NCBI RefSeq assembly: GCF_030144855.1
Contig: NC_082714.1
Span: 45,260,001 to 45,324,000 of the forward strand
Length of the DNA: 64,000 bases
From: Hypanus sabinus
Taxonomy: Eukaryota
Reading direction: 5' to 3'
Made by a program: the position numbers and the translations under genes. The notes beneath the pieces were generated by a model. That model saw nothing but the letters and a program-made list of their open reading frames with translations, searched no databases and had not been told where the DNA came from. Shown here piece by piece: positions 1 through 11,900 of this stretch (position 1 is its first letter; each line of letters starts with the position of its first letter).

Positions 1-519
1 GAATTGCAGAATTGCAGAATTTGGGATGTCCCTGTAGTGAATGTACCTGTCCAAATGCCCAAATGTTTTATGCATATTATGTGATCCCCACAGAATCCCA
101 CCTAAAGAGGTCTGGAAATTGCACCATTTTGCCAGTGTGTTTAGTCTGGTCACATATCCATTAATAATTCCCATGTGCCAAGCTTGCAACTCTCAAACTT
201 TAAATCTTTATTCCACTACTAATTGGACCTATCTGCCTTTGGCCTCCTGAACAATTCCAATGATGGAAACAAGAATTTGAAGAACAGCATTTATCCTCTA
301 TATGGACATAATGCTGATACTGAAATTTAATATCAAATTCAGTAATTTTAGATAATGCATGTTTTCTCTTTGTATCAGTACTTGTCATTTCTGCTATAGT
401 TCACCCATCTGTAATGTTTATTCAGTTTTTCTCTCTCCACTGACAATGCCTTACCTATTGGGCATTTCCTACTGCCTGGACCTGTACTGTATACTTTTTA
501 CATGCCTCTTTGCTTATTT

Positions 520-760
520 TCTTCCCTCTCTGACTTGCTGCATTAATCTATCAACCAGAAGCTTCACCCACAGCATATCATCAAACCAATCCTACCCTCA
601 CCCTATCAGAGATATCTCCTCTATCCTATCCATCTTTTCACTATGTCCTGTTTTTCGCTCTCTTTTTCAGTTCTATTGTGGGTTCTTTGATCTAAAATGC
701 TCTACTCTTTCCCTCTCTCCAGATGCTGCCTGATTTGCTGAGTGTTTCTACATTTTCAAT
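520..760 (+). mobile_element. Degenerate Penelope-like element 3' terminus
   Basis: Pyrimidine-rich 3' UTR followed by 'ccagatgctgcctgatttgctgagtgtttc', matching the better preserved Penelope terminus at 23552-23690. Ends approximate. Confidence 0.5.
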
Positions 761-3027
761 TTCAATTTTAATTGAGGCAGCATTGGATTAAAATGTGCTT
801 TTGGGTTTGCAGCATGTGAAACCTGTCTGTAGGCTGTGGATTAATATGCCCACCAACACCTCTCTTATACAGGTACTCTCCTTTCTTGTTTGTGACCATG
901 TTTTCCTGTTATGTGTCCAGTCCTTGTACCTCAGTATGTCAGTTGCCTTGAGGGATGTTTTCACATGTGCCCTATTCAGAGAAAGTGGCTGAACCCGATG
1001 TACTTGTGAACTCACCAATGTCCCTGACACATCCATTGCCTGTCACTATAATCACAATGTCCTAAATTCAATGCTATAGAATTATCTTCTGGGATGTTCT
1101 GTTTTGCTACTTTGCATGAGGAAATAAACAGTGGTAGAACTGAAAACAGGACATCTTTTACTAGGGGGAGCTAATCTCAACCAATAGCAGTGTATGGTAT
1201 AACAGGGTACTGATGGGGATCCCTGATGACATACGTATCCTTACACATACATACAATACACGCATAATATTCTTTAGCAGTAGATGATCTGATGTAAATC
1301 GCAAAATCTAATTTTAAAGTGTAGCTGAGAGGTTTGCAAATAGCAAAACATAACGTGATCATAGTGACTTTTGCAATTTCCCTAATTTCAGAAAATTGGC
1401 ATTTATGGGATATTTATTTCCGACTTCGCTTCTTTCCGATAACCTCAAACGATTACTCTGCAATGACATCATTCATTTACAGGATGTGAACCCCCCCCCC
1501 CCACCACAGCCAGTTCTTATTGCCCATCTTTGATTGTTCTTGAGAAAGTAGAGGTGAGCCTCTTTTATGAACTGATATGTTCCATAAGGTGAGACTGCTC
1601 TGACAATGGTGTTCAATATAATGTATGACATATAGGACAAGTGGCAGGAGCAAAATGGGACATCTTTTCAAATCAATGTAGTGTGTAATTTGGTGAGGAA
1701 CCCACAGATTAAAGCATTGCTTCATCCTTCCCATTGAACTTAAGTTTCCCTACAACTTTCTTTTACCTTTGTTTATTTTATTGAATTCTTCCTGCCTTCA
1801 CACTATCACAGAGTTTCCCTTTTATTCTACTAACAATTCTCCAGGTCTTAAAACTTGCTTTCTTTGATAATTCCTGGTTTTGGTGAAGCAACGTCAATTA
1901 GAGTTGCTTGCTCCATTTTTCTTTCCTTAAGGTGCTGACTGACCTTTGAAGTACTTCCAGCATTTTCTTTTTTTCCTTCAGGTTTGAACTTCTCCAAAAT
2001 TCTGCGAATGCATTACTGGTCATACATTCTTTGTGCTTTCTAAATATTTAATGATGCAAGCAAATGGAAAATTGTGTTCCGTGCTCACCCAAATTTAAGG
2101 GATGCATAACCAGTGGAATATAAAGTAAGGACAATTACACTGGTAAAATCCTCTGTAGCAGGGTGATTTGATTCTTCAAAGTCTCACTGCTACAATCAGG
2201 TTGCAGCAACATTAACATGTGTAGCTTTCAGTAAGGAGATTGTTTAGAGGGAATCAAGGTAAAGCTTGCTTTCTGAAGCCTGTTTTCCTAAAACCTTAGT
2301 TCAACCCAGTGCAAACAGAGCCTGCCATTTCAGGTAAGTACCTGTTTTTGTTTTAACCGTCCTTCTAATATTTCCCCCTAATAATATTTTCAGTACAGTT
2401 AATACCATTCTGACTCTCAGATAAAGAAGATATTAGTTCCAGAACACTACCAGAGGGTACTGAGGACACAGATTTAATTAGCAGTATTCTGCAGGAGTAT
2501 AGTCATTCACTCCTTTGCCAATTAAATGCTATCAAATTTACCTGTGTTGCTTGCTGCTTGTACAATGCAGCTGTCTATGTGGGTGTGCACTTCCCCTACA
2601 TAAACCTCCACAAAACAAATCTTATTATAAATGAAGAGACTCAAATGTGACTTATTATAATGCACTAACAGCTGGTGTTATGTATCCTTAAAATGGAAAA
2701 CGTCATTTGTGATACAATAACAACTTACAGATATATTTTCAGGAATAAATTCACTTTTAAAACAAATTTTGTTGTCCCATCTTCTCTGCTCCCTCTGCAA
2801 AAGCTGCTGACATATTCTAGGTGTATCTTCTATGCACTGGCAGATCACAGGTATACCCTGTGAGTGCCCATTCTTCAAGGCCAGATTGAATAGCTAAATT
2901 ATAGACAAAGGAAATGAAGAGGTGTCAGTCAGAAACCCAAGGGAAATCAAATGAAAACAACCGGTTTGCTGTAATTAAGTTAATTATGATGACGAAGAGA
3001 AAGTTCTATGGAAAAAGATACCCTTAC

Positions 3028-3064
3028 CTGTACATCTGTGGTATTCATCATTTGCTTGCTTGCC
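3028..3064 (-). other. Candidate 37-nt host-gene exon (gene not identified)
   Basis: Minus strand reads gtctctctattttgcccctAG|GGCAAGCAAGCAAATGATGAATACCACAGATGTACAG|GTAAGG: polypyrimidine tract, AG acceptor and near-consensus donor in non-repeat sequence. Open frames ASKQMMNTTDVQ or GKQANDEYHRCT; no homology recognised. Confidence 0.45.
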
Positions 3065-3324
3065 CTAGGGGCAAAATAGAGAGACAACCTAACTCAGATT
3101 GTCTAGAACTTTTCTTAAAGCTGCTTTTACTTTTCATTTGGAACCCATTACAAAGGTAGAAACACTGTTATTGAAATCTTATAATGGTTCGTAACATTGT
3201 TCACCACCTTGCAACAATACAATATCTTTAATAAAAAAGTCAATCCCTTTGCTTTGTATGTCAATAATATATATCTGGATTCTCAATCTGGATCTTCTAA
3301 AATAACAGGGAACATGTGCAAGAT

Positions 3325-4245
3325 TCTGAAATCTAAGATGGCGGCACGACGCAGCTTGCAGCGGCCACTCCGGAGCTGATTATCTGTTATTTGTGAAGTG
3401 GGGTGCCATGCGCAATCATAATCAATTGAAAACGGACGTGGGAGCACGGAGGAACATCGGGAACATCTCCAGGAAGACCTTCTTCGTTGCTGCTGCTGCT
3501 GTGAGGTCTGGGACTCTGCTGGGAAGAACAGGACCCCAGTCCTCGGGGTTGCTTTGCAGATGGCCGTTGGCAGGGCCGTCTTAATACGCTCGGCAGAAGA
3601 TGGTGCTCAGAGAATCTGTGCCGGAGGGAGTGATTGTCGGCTTGGAGGTTCGACGGACTTGAAGTCCGCTGTGGTCAGGTCGCTTTCGGTGTGTGCTGCG
3701 TCTGGAAGGCTGGTTTTGACGAAGCTATCGTTGAGTGCTGCGTCTGCAAGGTTGAGTTGGGCGGCGCCGTGGAAGTCCATAGCAGAGGTACTCCCTTCTG
3801 CCGCCAGCGTGGGATGGCGAGTCTGTCAGGACCCTGGGGACTTGTGGAAACTGTGTGGTGATTTCTTTTGAACTTATAGTCCTTTAACATCTTTGGACTA
3901 TTTTTACTGTGCCCATGTTCTGTTTTTTTTTATCAATTATGCTATTGTTTGCACTGTTGTAACTATGTGGTTTTGTGCAGGTCTTGTAGCTTTAGTTTTT
4001 GGTCTTGTTTTTGTCTGGTGGAATTGGAGCTCCTTTCCGGGGAACGCGCTAAGACGGTAGCGTGATATTAATATGCAGCAGCATCTCCGGACTCTGGATT
4101 GGGGATTGCCAAACGTTTTGTGGATTTCTGGTGTAGTCCGTTTTGTCATATGCTTTTGTGATATCATTCTGGGGGAATGTTGTCTCATTTTTTAACTGCA
4201 TTGCATTTGTGGTTTCTAAATGACAATAAACCGAATCTGAATCTG
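3325..4245 (+). mobile_element. ~920-bp non-autonomous retroposon (YY1-motif head, Rex1-like tail), copy 1
   Basis: Aligns end to end with 54051-55586. Head AAGATGGCGGC; tail tgacAATAAAccgaatctgaatctg; candidate 5-bp TSD AAGAT (3320-3324 and 4246-4250). Confidence 0.8.
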
Positions 4246-4329
4246 AAGATGGGTGCAGAGAATTCAGAATACCAAAAATGTCCAAACCTCATCTTGGCAT
4301 CATTTGTACTAAATTCGATTTTGCAAATA

Positions 4330-4560
4330 GCGTAGATCTCAATCCTGACCTGTGTGAAATTTGAACATTCTACTGATGACCAAATGGATTTCACTAGGAT
4401 GTCACAATTTGCTCCCACATCCCAAGGTTATGTGCATTGATAGATTAATTAGCCAATGTAACTTGTCCCAGAATGTAGATAGATTGAGTGACTGGGTAAA
4501 AACCTAGCAATGGAATTTATTGGAGGGAAGTGTGAAGACTTGAAGATTAATAAGAGGAAT
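4330..4560 (+). mobile_element. Degenerate V-SINE (HE1-like)
   Basis: 'tcaatcctgacc...tgtgtgaaatttgaacattct...ctcccacatcccaagg...ttaattagccaatgtaacttgtccc' resembles the SINE at 13508-13790. Confidence 0.55.
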
Positions 4561-4599
4561 TGAAACTTGGAACATTACTATAATGGAGAGACACAACAG

Positions 4600-5215
4600 A
4601 TAAGTGAAGTTCAGATGGATACAATTGTTCAAGCGCATGAATCACAAAAAGTTAATATCATCCAACAAATAGTTGAGAAGGCAAATAGCATGTTGGCTTT
4701 TATTCCAAAGCAATTGGAGTTTAAAAAAATAACAGAAGTTGTTTTTGAAGTTTGTACAGCGTATTGGTGAGGCCACATCTGGTATACTGGCTACAGTTTT
4801 GGTCACTTTACCTGAAATAGGATAGAGTAGAATCGGAGACAGTCCAAAAGAGATTCCTGGGATGTGAGCTTTGACTTATCAAGAGAAGCCTTGGAGAAGT
4901 GAAGGTTTGTATTCCTTGGAGTTTAGAAGAATGAGGGATGACGTTAGTGAAACATTTAAGATCCTGAGGAGCCTCAGCCGCGTAGATATTGACACACTTC
5001 TGTGAGTGGATGAGTCACAAACAGGGGGAAGGTGGGCTGCAAGGAGCCAGTCAATTAACACTGCGAGGTACAGAAATTTCTTCTCTCAGAAATCAGTAAA
5101 TGCTTGGAATTCACTGCTCCTGAGAGTGGTGGAGGCCAGATCCTTATATAGAGTTAATGTGGGCAGTCCCAGGGTTAGGTAAGGGTTGCATTCTCAAGAA
5201 CTATCTGGAAAGCAA
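4600..5215 (+). mobile_element. Degenerate CR1 LINE, RT C-terminal fragment
   Basis: Translates to IVEKANSMLAFI and LVRPHL..W..FWS-like motifs, as in ORF2 of the CR1 at 10356-11645. A CR1-type 3' end follows at about 6330-6490. Confidence 0.75.
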
Positions 5216-5314
5216 GTTCTCCATAAGTCAGAAAGAACAGTTTTCTGTAGTTAACCTTATCATATTGCTTTACATATTATGGAATTATCACCCTAAGACT
5301 ACTGTAATTAAGCT

Positions 5315-6170
5315 AATCAAATCAATTCAAATCAAGTTTCATTGTCATTCAAATATTTATAGATACAGCTGAACAAGACAGCATTCCTCTGGGGCTAAGG
5401 TGCGAAGCAAGTAACATAATTCAAAATAGCAAGCAAAGAAGCATATTCACTCAAAACAAAATCACACATATAGTCCAAGACTTTGAGCAACAATCAAACT
5501 GGCAATCAATAGTTCAGTCTCCCGGCTTTGTGCAGACACATCCAATCCAGCCTGTCATTCCACTGCTCGAACACAGGAGGGCAGTACCAACAGCAGAGGC
5601 CAGGCCCCAGCCGAGTGCGAACGCCATGACGTAACGCTTCCGTGTCTTCTCATCTGGTCTGCAGCAGCAGGCAAGCCTGAGGCTTGAAATCTAAACCTCG
5701 CTACAACTGAGACTACACAGCTGCCATGCCAATGGTACCTCCACCACACAAGGGTAACGAGCCTGTGGCAGCACTGTCACAGGCCAACAGAGTCTTGCAA
5801 TTGCAAGTGAAACTTCGGGGACATTCTCCCATGGTTATACTGCAACAATTACGATGCTTCTGAGCGGGCAGCAACATGGACTGCAGCCAGATCAACTCCT
5901 CTGATATCCTGATCGTCTCCTTTCACAGTATCTCAATCTGCTCCTTCTTCAGCATCCTGGCCGACCCCTTCGACACCTCGGTCAGCTCTGTTGCTGATAT
6001 CAGTCCAGCTACTCTGATCAACGAGCTGCTCACTGATGGAGTAGCCTTGTAATACTCAAAGTTCTTGAGCAAGATTGTCTTTGGTTGTAAAAATCAAGTT
6101 TTACAAAGAAGAAAGCGTCTTTGGTTGGCCCCCAAGAGGCCACTGAGTTCAATGTGCTGCCATCTTACCA
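5315..6170 (-). mobile_element. ~850-bp non-autonomous retroposon, diverged relative of 3325-4245
   Basis: Reverse complement starts AAGATGGCAGCAC...CAGTGGCCTCT (copy 1: AAGATGGCGGCAC...CAGCGGCCACT) and ends aatgacaatgaaacttgatttgaattg (copy 1: aatgacaataaaccgaatctgaatctg). The interior is not obviously alignable. Confidence 0.6.
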
Positions 6171-6689
6171 GATTCACCAATAAGAATATATACTGAGTGG
6201 GGTACATCTAATGGAATATATACTGAATACAGTCATTAATGAATACCATAAAGCATTTTATTGTTTTGAAAAAAATTCTTTATAATTGCATGATAGAATT
6301 TATTTTAGCTAGGTTGTTTGTAACCCAGGAAGCTCCTGAGTTTGAAGATGGAGGAATTGAGGATTTGGGGGACTGGTAAAGAAGGGGAACTGAGGCTGGA
6401 AATGATCAGCATTGGTCATAATGGATGGTAGAAAAGTCTGGAGGGGCTGAGTGGCCTATTTCTGCTCCTACTTTCCTATGTTCTTGTGTTAAGATGTGTA
6501 GGTTAGTGGTCAAGTCTGGATAGAGAAGGCACTGATGGGACTGGGTGAGATAAAATGGAAATATTATAAACATATGCTTGCTTACTATGAACTTGGTTAG
6601 TGAAAAGTTCTGGTTCCATACTCTGTAACCCTATAAATATGTACTTGTTGGTGTGGACTCAGTGAGTGAAATGGTCTGATTGCATGCTC

Positions 6690-7320
6690 TGTAACACTAT
6701 GACACTCAACACTCAGGAGAGAGTTCAAAATTTCCACCAGCCTCTACAAATAGATATTATTTCCTAACTCCTCTCCTTAATAGCCTGGCTCTTTAGCCTC
6801 CCTCTCTGTACTTAGATTCCCAGCTAATAGAAGTAGCTATCCTCTATCTTATCAGCTTTGCTTGGAACTTAAGTCAAACAGTCCCTTTATCTCCTATTTT
6901 TATGGAATACATTTTTAGTTTCTGCCCTTGGTTTGTATTTCCCCTTGATAAATAGTCTTTAGATTCTAACCAATGCTCTGGTAATCTACACTGCACTCCC
7001 AAGGCAGGTATATCCAGCCTCATTACAGTACCCTGAACAGAACTAATCACTCCTGGTGTGGACTTCGTAGAGTTGTACTTCAAACTTCTTGCATCTTAGT
7101 TTTCTTGCTACGAAGGCCAGTATTCCAGTGGCCTTTTTGATTACATTTTTGAATGTCAATATTATTTTATTAATCTATGTACAAAATCCCTCTATTTTAT
7201 TTTTCGATTTCCCTTTATAAAATCCAGTCTGTATCATATTGGCTAACCCTGTCAGCCTATTCACTTAATCAATTAACACCTTTTTCTAATTTTATATCTC
7301 ACCTATTTCACCTTAAAATG
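6690..7320 (-). mobile_element. Highly degenerate CR1 3' fragment
   Basis: Weak antisense resemblance to the CR1 RT C-terminus and 3' UTR ('aaatttccaccagcctct', 'gaaggccagtattccagtggcctttttga'). Confidence 0.45.
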
Positions 7321-7327
7321 CCTCCAC

Positions 7328-7478
7328 AAACACGAGAAAATTTGCAGATGCTGTAAGTCCGAAGCAACATGTCATGATCTGGTCCTGGTGAAGTGTGTTG
7401 GCCTGAAGCGCTGGATGTTTACTTTTCCATAGATGCTGGATGGCCTGCTGAGTTCCTCCAGCATTTTGTCTGTGTTAT
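7328..7478. mobile_element. Short Penelope terminal-repeat remnant with inverted arm
   Basis: 'aaacacgagaaaatttgcagatgctg' then a decayed hammerhead-like 'gtcctggtgaagtgtgttggcctgaagcg' and 'ccatagatgctgg...gagttcctccagcattttgt'. Confidence 0.65.
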
Positions 7479-8094
7479 CCTGATGGCCCGGTGTGGAAAC
7501 ACCAATGCCCTTGTATGGAAAAGCTTACAAAAAGTAATAGCTACAGCCAAGTCAATCACGAAAAAAGCCCTCCTCGCCAATGAGCACATCTACAGGGAGC
7601 GCTGATGCAGGAAAAAGGATCCATCATCAACAACCCCCACCATCCAAGCCATGCTCTCTTCTCACTATTGCCATCAGGAAGGAGGTACAGGAGCCTCAGA
7701 ACCCATATCACCAGGTTAGGGAAAATTTATTAACCCTTAACCATCAGGCTCTTGAATCAGAGCTCATCTTCTCTCAGCTCTACACTGAACTTTTGGAAGA
7801 ACTCTTTTGGAAGAAGACAGCGAGGCTTTGAGAGGAAGTGCGGCGGCGGCCATTTTCAAATTGCTTCTCAGATCGGAGTTCTGAGAGGCGGGACTGCGCA
7901 GGCGCATGAAGGAGGCCTGGGAAGGAGGGAAGATATAAAAAGAACGCAGCCTTAAGCAGCGGGCAGCTTCGTTTGCGGGCAGCGGAGTGAGCTGGGAGCA
8001 GATTGTAGGGCTTGGGCTCAGAGGACTTAGGTGGAAGAGGGCACAGTAGGCTTATCTTTTAGTTCTCCTTGTTATTTTCAGTTATTCGGGAAGT

Positions 8095-9018
8095 ATGAGT
8101 GTGAGGGCAGCTTGTTGTTCTCGGTGTTGGATGTGGGAGATCCTGGAGTCTCCGAGCCTCCACATCTGCGCCAGGTGCGCCAAGCTGCAGCTCCTAAGGG
8201 ACCGTGTTAGGGAACTGGAGCTGCAGCTCGATGACCTTTGTCTGGTCAGGGAGAGTGAGGAGGTGATAGAGAGGAGTTACAGGCAGGTGGTCACTCCGGG
8301 GCCACGGGAGGCAGATAGGTGGGTCACGGTCAGGAATGGGAAGAGGCAGGTACTAGAGAGTACTCCAGGGGCTGTACCCCTTGACAATAAGTACTCATGT
8401 TTGAGTACTGTTGGGGGGGACAGCCTACCTGGAGGAAGTGACAGTGGCCGGGCCTCTGGCACAGAGGACGGCCCTTTAGCTCAAAAGGGTAAGGATAGAA
8501 GAAAGAGGACCATAGTAATAGGGGACTCGATAATCAGAGGTTCAGACAGGCGGTTCTGTGGAGGTGATCGGGAGTCCCGGATGGTAGTTTGCCTCCCTGG
8601 TGCCAGGGTTCGGGACGTTTCTGATCGCATCCAAGATATCCTGAAGTGGGAGGGTGAGGAGCCAGAGGTCGTGGTACATGTAGGTACCAATGACATAGGT
8701 AGGAAAGGGGAAGAGGTCCTGAAACGAGAGTATAGGGAGTTAGGAAGGCAGTTAATAAGAAGGACCGCAAAGGTAGTAATCTCGGGATTACTGCCTGTGC
8801 CACATGACAGTGAGTATAGGAATGGAATTAGATGGAGGATGAATGCGTGGCTGAGGGATTGGAGCAGGGGGCAGGGATTCAAGTTTCTGGATCATTGGGA
8901 CCTCTTCTGGGGTAGGTGTGACCTGTTCAAGAAGGATGGGTTACACTTGAATCCTGGGGGGACCAATATCCTAGCAGGGAGGTTTGCTAGGGCTACAGGG
9001 CAGACTTTAAACTGGTAA
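8095..9018 (+). CDS. CR1 ORF1p: zinc finger/leucine zipper plus SGNH (GDSL-like) esterase domain
   Basis: Uninterrupted 307 aa. CxxC...CxxC, heptad LRDRVRELELQL, and SGNH blocks IGDS, LPG, HVGTND, DGLH, typical of esterase-type CR1 ORF1. Confidence 0.9.
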   Translation: MSVRAACCSRCWMWEILESPSLHICARCAKLQLLRDRVRELELQLDDLCLVRESEEVIERSYRQVVTPGPREADRWVTVRNGKRQVLESTPGAVPLDNKYSCLSTVGGDSLPGGSDSGRASGTEDGPLAQKGKDRRKRTIVIGDSIIRGSDRRFCGGDRESRMVVCLPGARVRDVSDRIQDILKWEGEEPEVVVHVGTNDIGRKGEEVLKREYRELGRQLIRRTAKVVISGLLPVPHDSEYRNGIRWRMNAWLRDWSRGQGFKFLDHWDLFWGRCDLFKKDGLHLNPGGTNILAGRFARATGQTLNW

Positions 9019-9019
9019 G

Positions 9020-11241
9020 ATGGGGGGGAGCGGGAATCAATTTGAGGAAACTATGGGAAAGGAGGTTAGTTCACCAGTAGAGCAAGTAAGTAGACAATGT
9101 GTGAGGGAGGAAAGGCAGGTGATGGAGAAGGGATGCACTCAGCCCGAAGATGTAGGGGAGAAGAAAGAAAAGGATAATAAATTTGAATGCATTGTTAGGG
9201 ATGAAAAGAGAGGAGGAGGTGGAGAGTATCTTAAATGTATCTATTTTAATGCTAGGAGCATTGTAAGAAAGGTGGATGAACTTAAAGCGTGGATTGATAC
9301 CTGGAATTATGATGTTGGAACTATTAGTGAAACATGGTTGCAGGAAGGGTGTGATTGGGAACTAAATATTCCTGGATTTAGTTGCTTCAGGTGTGATAGA
9401 GTAGGAGGGGCCAGAGGAGGAGGTGTTGCATCTCTTGTCCGAGAAAATCTTATGGCGGTGCTTTGGAAGGATAGATTAGAGAGCTCCTCTAGGGAGACTA
9501 TTTGGGTGGAATTGAGGAATGGGAAAGGTATAGTAACACTGATAGGAGTGTATTATAGGCCACCTAATGGGGAGCGTGAGTTGGAAGAGCAAATGTGTAA
9601 GGAGATAGCAGTTATTTGTACAAATAACTTTGAGGAGGTGCGAAGGGATTTAGAGAGAGTGGATTGGGTCAAGTTGTTTTATGGGAAGGATGTAATAGAG
9701 AAATGGAAGTAATTTAAGGGTGAAATTATGAGGGTACAGAATCTTTATGTTCCTGTTAGGTTGAAAGGAAAGGTTAAAGGTTTGAAAGCACCATGGTTTT
9801 CAAGGGATATTAGAAACTTGGTTCGGAAAAAGAAGGATGTCTACAATAGATATAGGCAGCATGGAGTAAAGGAATTGCTCGAGGAATATAAAGAATGTAA
9901 AAGGAATCTTAAGAAAGAGATTAGAAAAGCTAAAAGAAGATACGAGGTTGGTTTGGCAAATAAGGTGAAAGTAAATCTGAAAGGTTTCTACAGTTATACT
10001 AAAAGCAAGAGGATAGTGAGGGATAAAATTGGTCCCTTAGAGAATCAGGGTGGTCAGCTATGTGTGGAGCCGAGGGAGATGGGAGAGATTTTGAACGATT
10101 TCTTCTCTTTGGTATTCACTAAGGAGAAGGATATTGAATTGTGTAAGGTGTGGGAAACAAGTAAGGAAGTTATGGAACCTATGACAATTAAAGAGGTGGA
10201 AGTACTGGCGCTTTTAAGAAATTTAAAAGTGGATAAATCTCTGGATCCTGATAGGATATTCCCCAAGACCTTGAGGGAAGTTTGTGTAGAGATAGCAGGA
10301 GCTCTGACGGAGATCTTTCAGATGTCATTAGAAATGGGATTGGCGTATTGCTCATGTGGTTCCATTGTTCAAAAAGGGTTCTAGAAGTAAGCCTAGCAAT
10401 TATAGACCTGTCAGTTTGACATCAGTGGTGGGTAAATTAATGGAAAGTATTCTTAGAGATAGTATTTATAATTATCTGGATAGACAGGATCTGATTAGGA
10501 GTGGCCAGCATGGATTTGTGCGTGGAAGGTCATGTTTGACAAACCTTATTGAATTTTTTGAAGAAGTTACGAGGAATGTTGACGAGGGTAAGGCAGTGGA
10601 TGTAGTCTATATGGACTTCAGCAAGGCCTTTGACGAAGTTCCACATGGAAGGTTAGTTAAGAAGGTTCAGTCGTTAGGTATTAATGCTGGAGTAATAAAA
10701 TGGATTCAACAGTGGCTAGATGGGAGATGCCAGAGAGTAGTGGTGGATAATTGTTTATCGGGATGGAGGCCGGTGACTAGTGGGGTGCCTCAGGGATCTG
10801 TTTTCGGCCCAATGTTGTTTGTAATATACATAAATGATCTGGATGATGAGGTGGTAAATTGGATTAGTAAGTATGCCAATGATACAAAGGTAGGAGGTGT
10901 TGTGGATAATGAAGTGGGTTTTCAAAGCTTGCAGGGAGATTTATGCAGGTTAGAAGAATGGGCTGAACGTTGGCAGATGGAGTTTAATGCTGAGAAGTGT
11001 GAGGTTCTACATTTTGGCAGGAATAATCCAAATAGAACATACAGGGTAAATGGTAGGGCATTGAGGAATGCAGTGGAACAGAGAGATCTAGGAATAACAG
11101 TGCATAGTTCCCTGAAGGTGGAGTCTCATGTAGATAGGGTGGTGAAGAAGGCTTTTGGAACGCTGGCCTTTATAAATCAGAGCATTGAGTACAGAAGTTG
11201 GGATGTAATGTTAAAATTGTACAAGGCATTGGTAAGGCCAA

Positions 11242-11272
<31 letters not shown>

Positions 11273-11645
11273 GAATTATAGGAAAGATATCAATAGATTA
11301 GAGAGAGTGCAGAGACGATTTACTAGGATGTTACCTGGGTTTCAGCACTTAAGTTACAGAGAAAGGTTGAACAAGTTAGGTCTCTATTCATTGGAGCGTA
11401 GAAGGTTGAGGGGGGATTTGATCGAGGTATTTAAAATTTTGAGAGGGATAGATAGAGTTGACGTGAATAGGCTGTTTCCATTGAGAGTAGGGGAGATTCA
11501 AACGAGAGGACATGATTTGAGAGTTAGGGGGCAAAAGTTTAAGGGAAACACGAGGGGGTATTTCTTTACTCAGAGAGTGATAGCTGTGTGGAATGGGCTT
11601 CCTGTAGAAGTAGTAGAGGCCAGTTCAGTTGTGTCATTTAAGTAA
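9020..11645 (+). pseudogene. CR1 ORF2 (endonuclease-reverse transcriptase), disrupted
   Basis: Three fragments (9020-9712, 9728-10384, 10356-11645). EN motifs FNARSI, ISETWL, YYRPP; RT motifs NYRPVSLTS, QHGF, DFSKAFD, GVPQGS. The EN C-half (GDFN..SDH) is deleted near 9620, there is a stop at 9710-9712 and a frameshift near 10340, and the catalytic ADD motif reads YAND. Confidence 0.93.
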
Positions 11646-11900
11646 AATTGGATAGGTATATGGACAGGAAAGGAGTGGAGGGTTATGGGCTGAGTGCGGG
11701 TAGGTGGGACTAGGTGAGATTAAGAGTTCAGCACGGACTAGGAGGGCCGAGATGGCCTGTTTCCGTGCTGTGATTGTTATATGGTTATATGGTTATAACT
11801 GTTCCCACAAACTATAGATTCACTTTCAAGGACATTTCACCTCATGTTCTCAATATTATTGCTTATTGATTATTACTGTTGTTATGTCTGTTTATTTTTT

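Larger units (their letters stand above)
7792..11796 (+). mobile_element. Full-length CR1-clade LINE
   Basis: GC-rich 5' UTR, ORF1, ORF2 (APE endonuclease plus RT), 3' UTR ending in (GGTTATAT)n; 4-bp TSD AACT at 7788-7791 and 11797-11800. Confidence 0.95.

Noticed and set aside
2300-2340. Plus-strand micro-exon ending CAG|GTAAGT
   Set aside because: Good donor but weak acceptor, and no supporting plus-strand exons.
8095-9018. Host GDSL lipase/esterase gene
   Set aside because: Intronless and embedded between a CR1 5' UTR and ORF2 within one TSD-bounded element.
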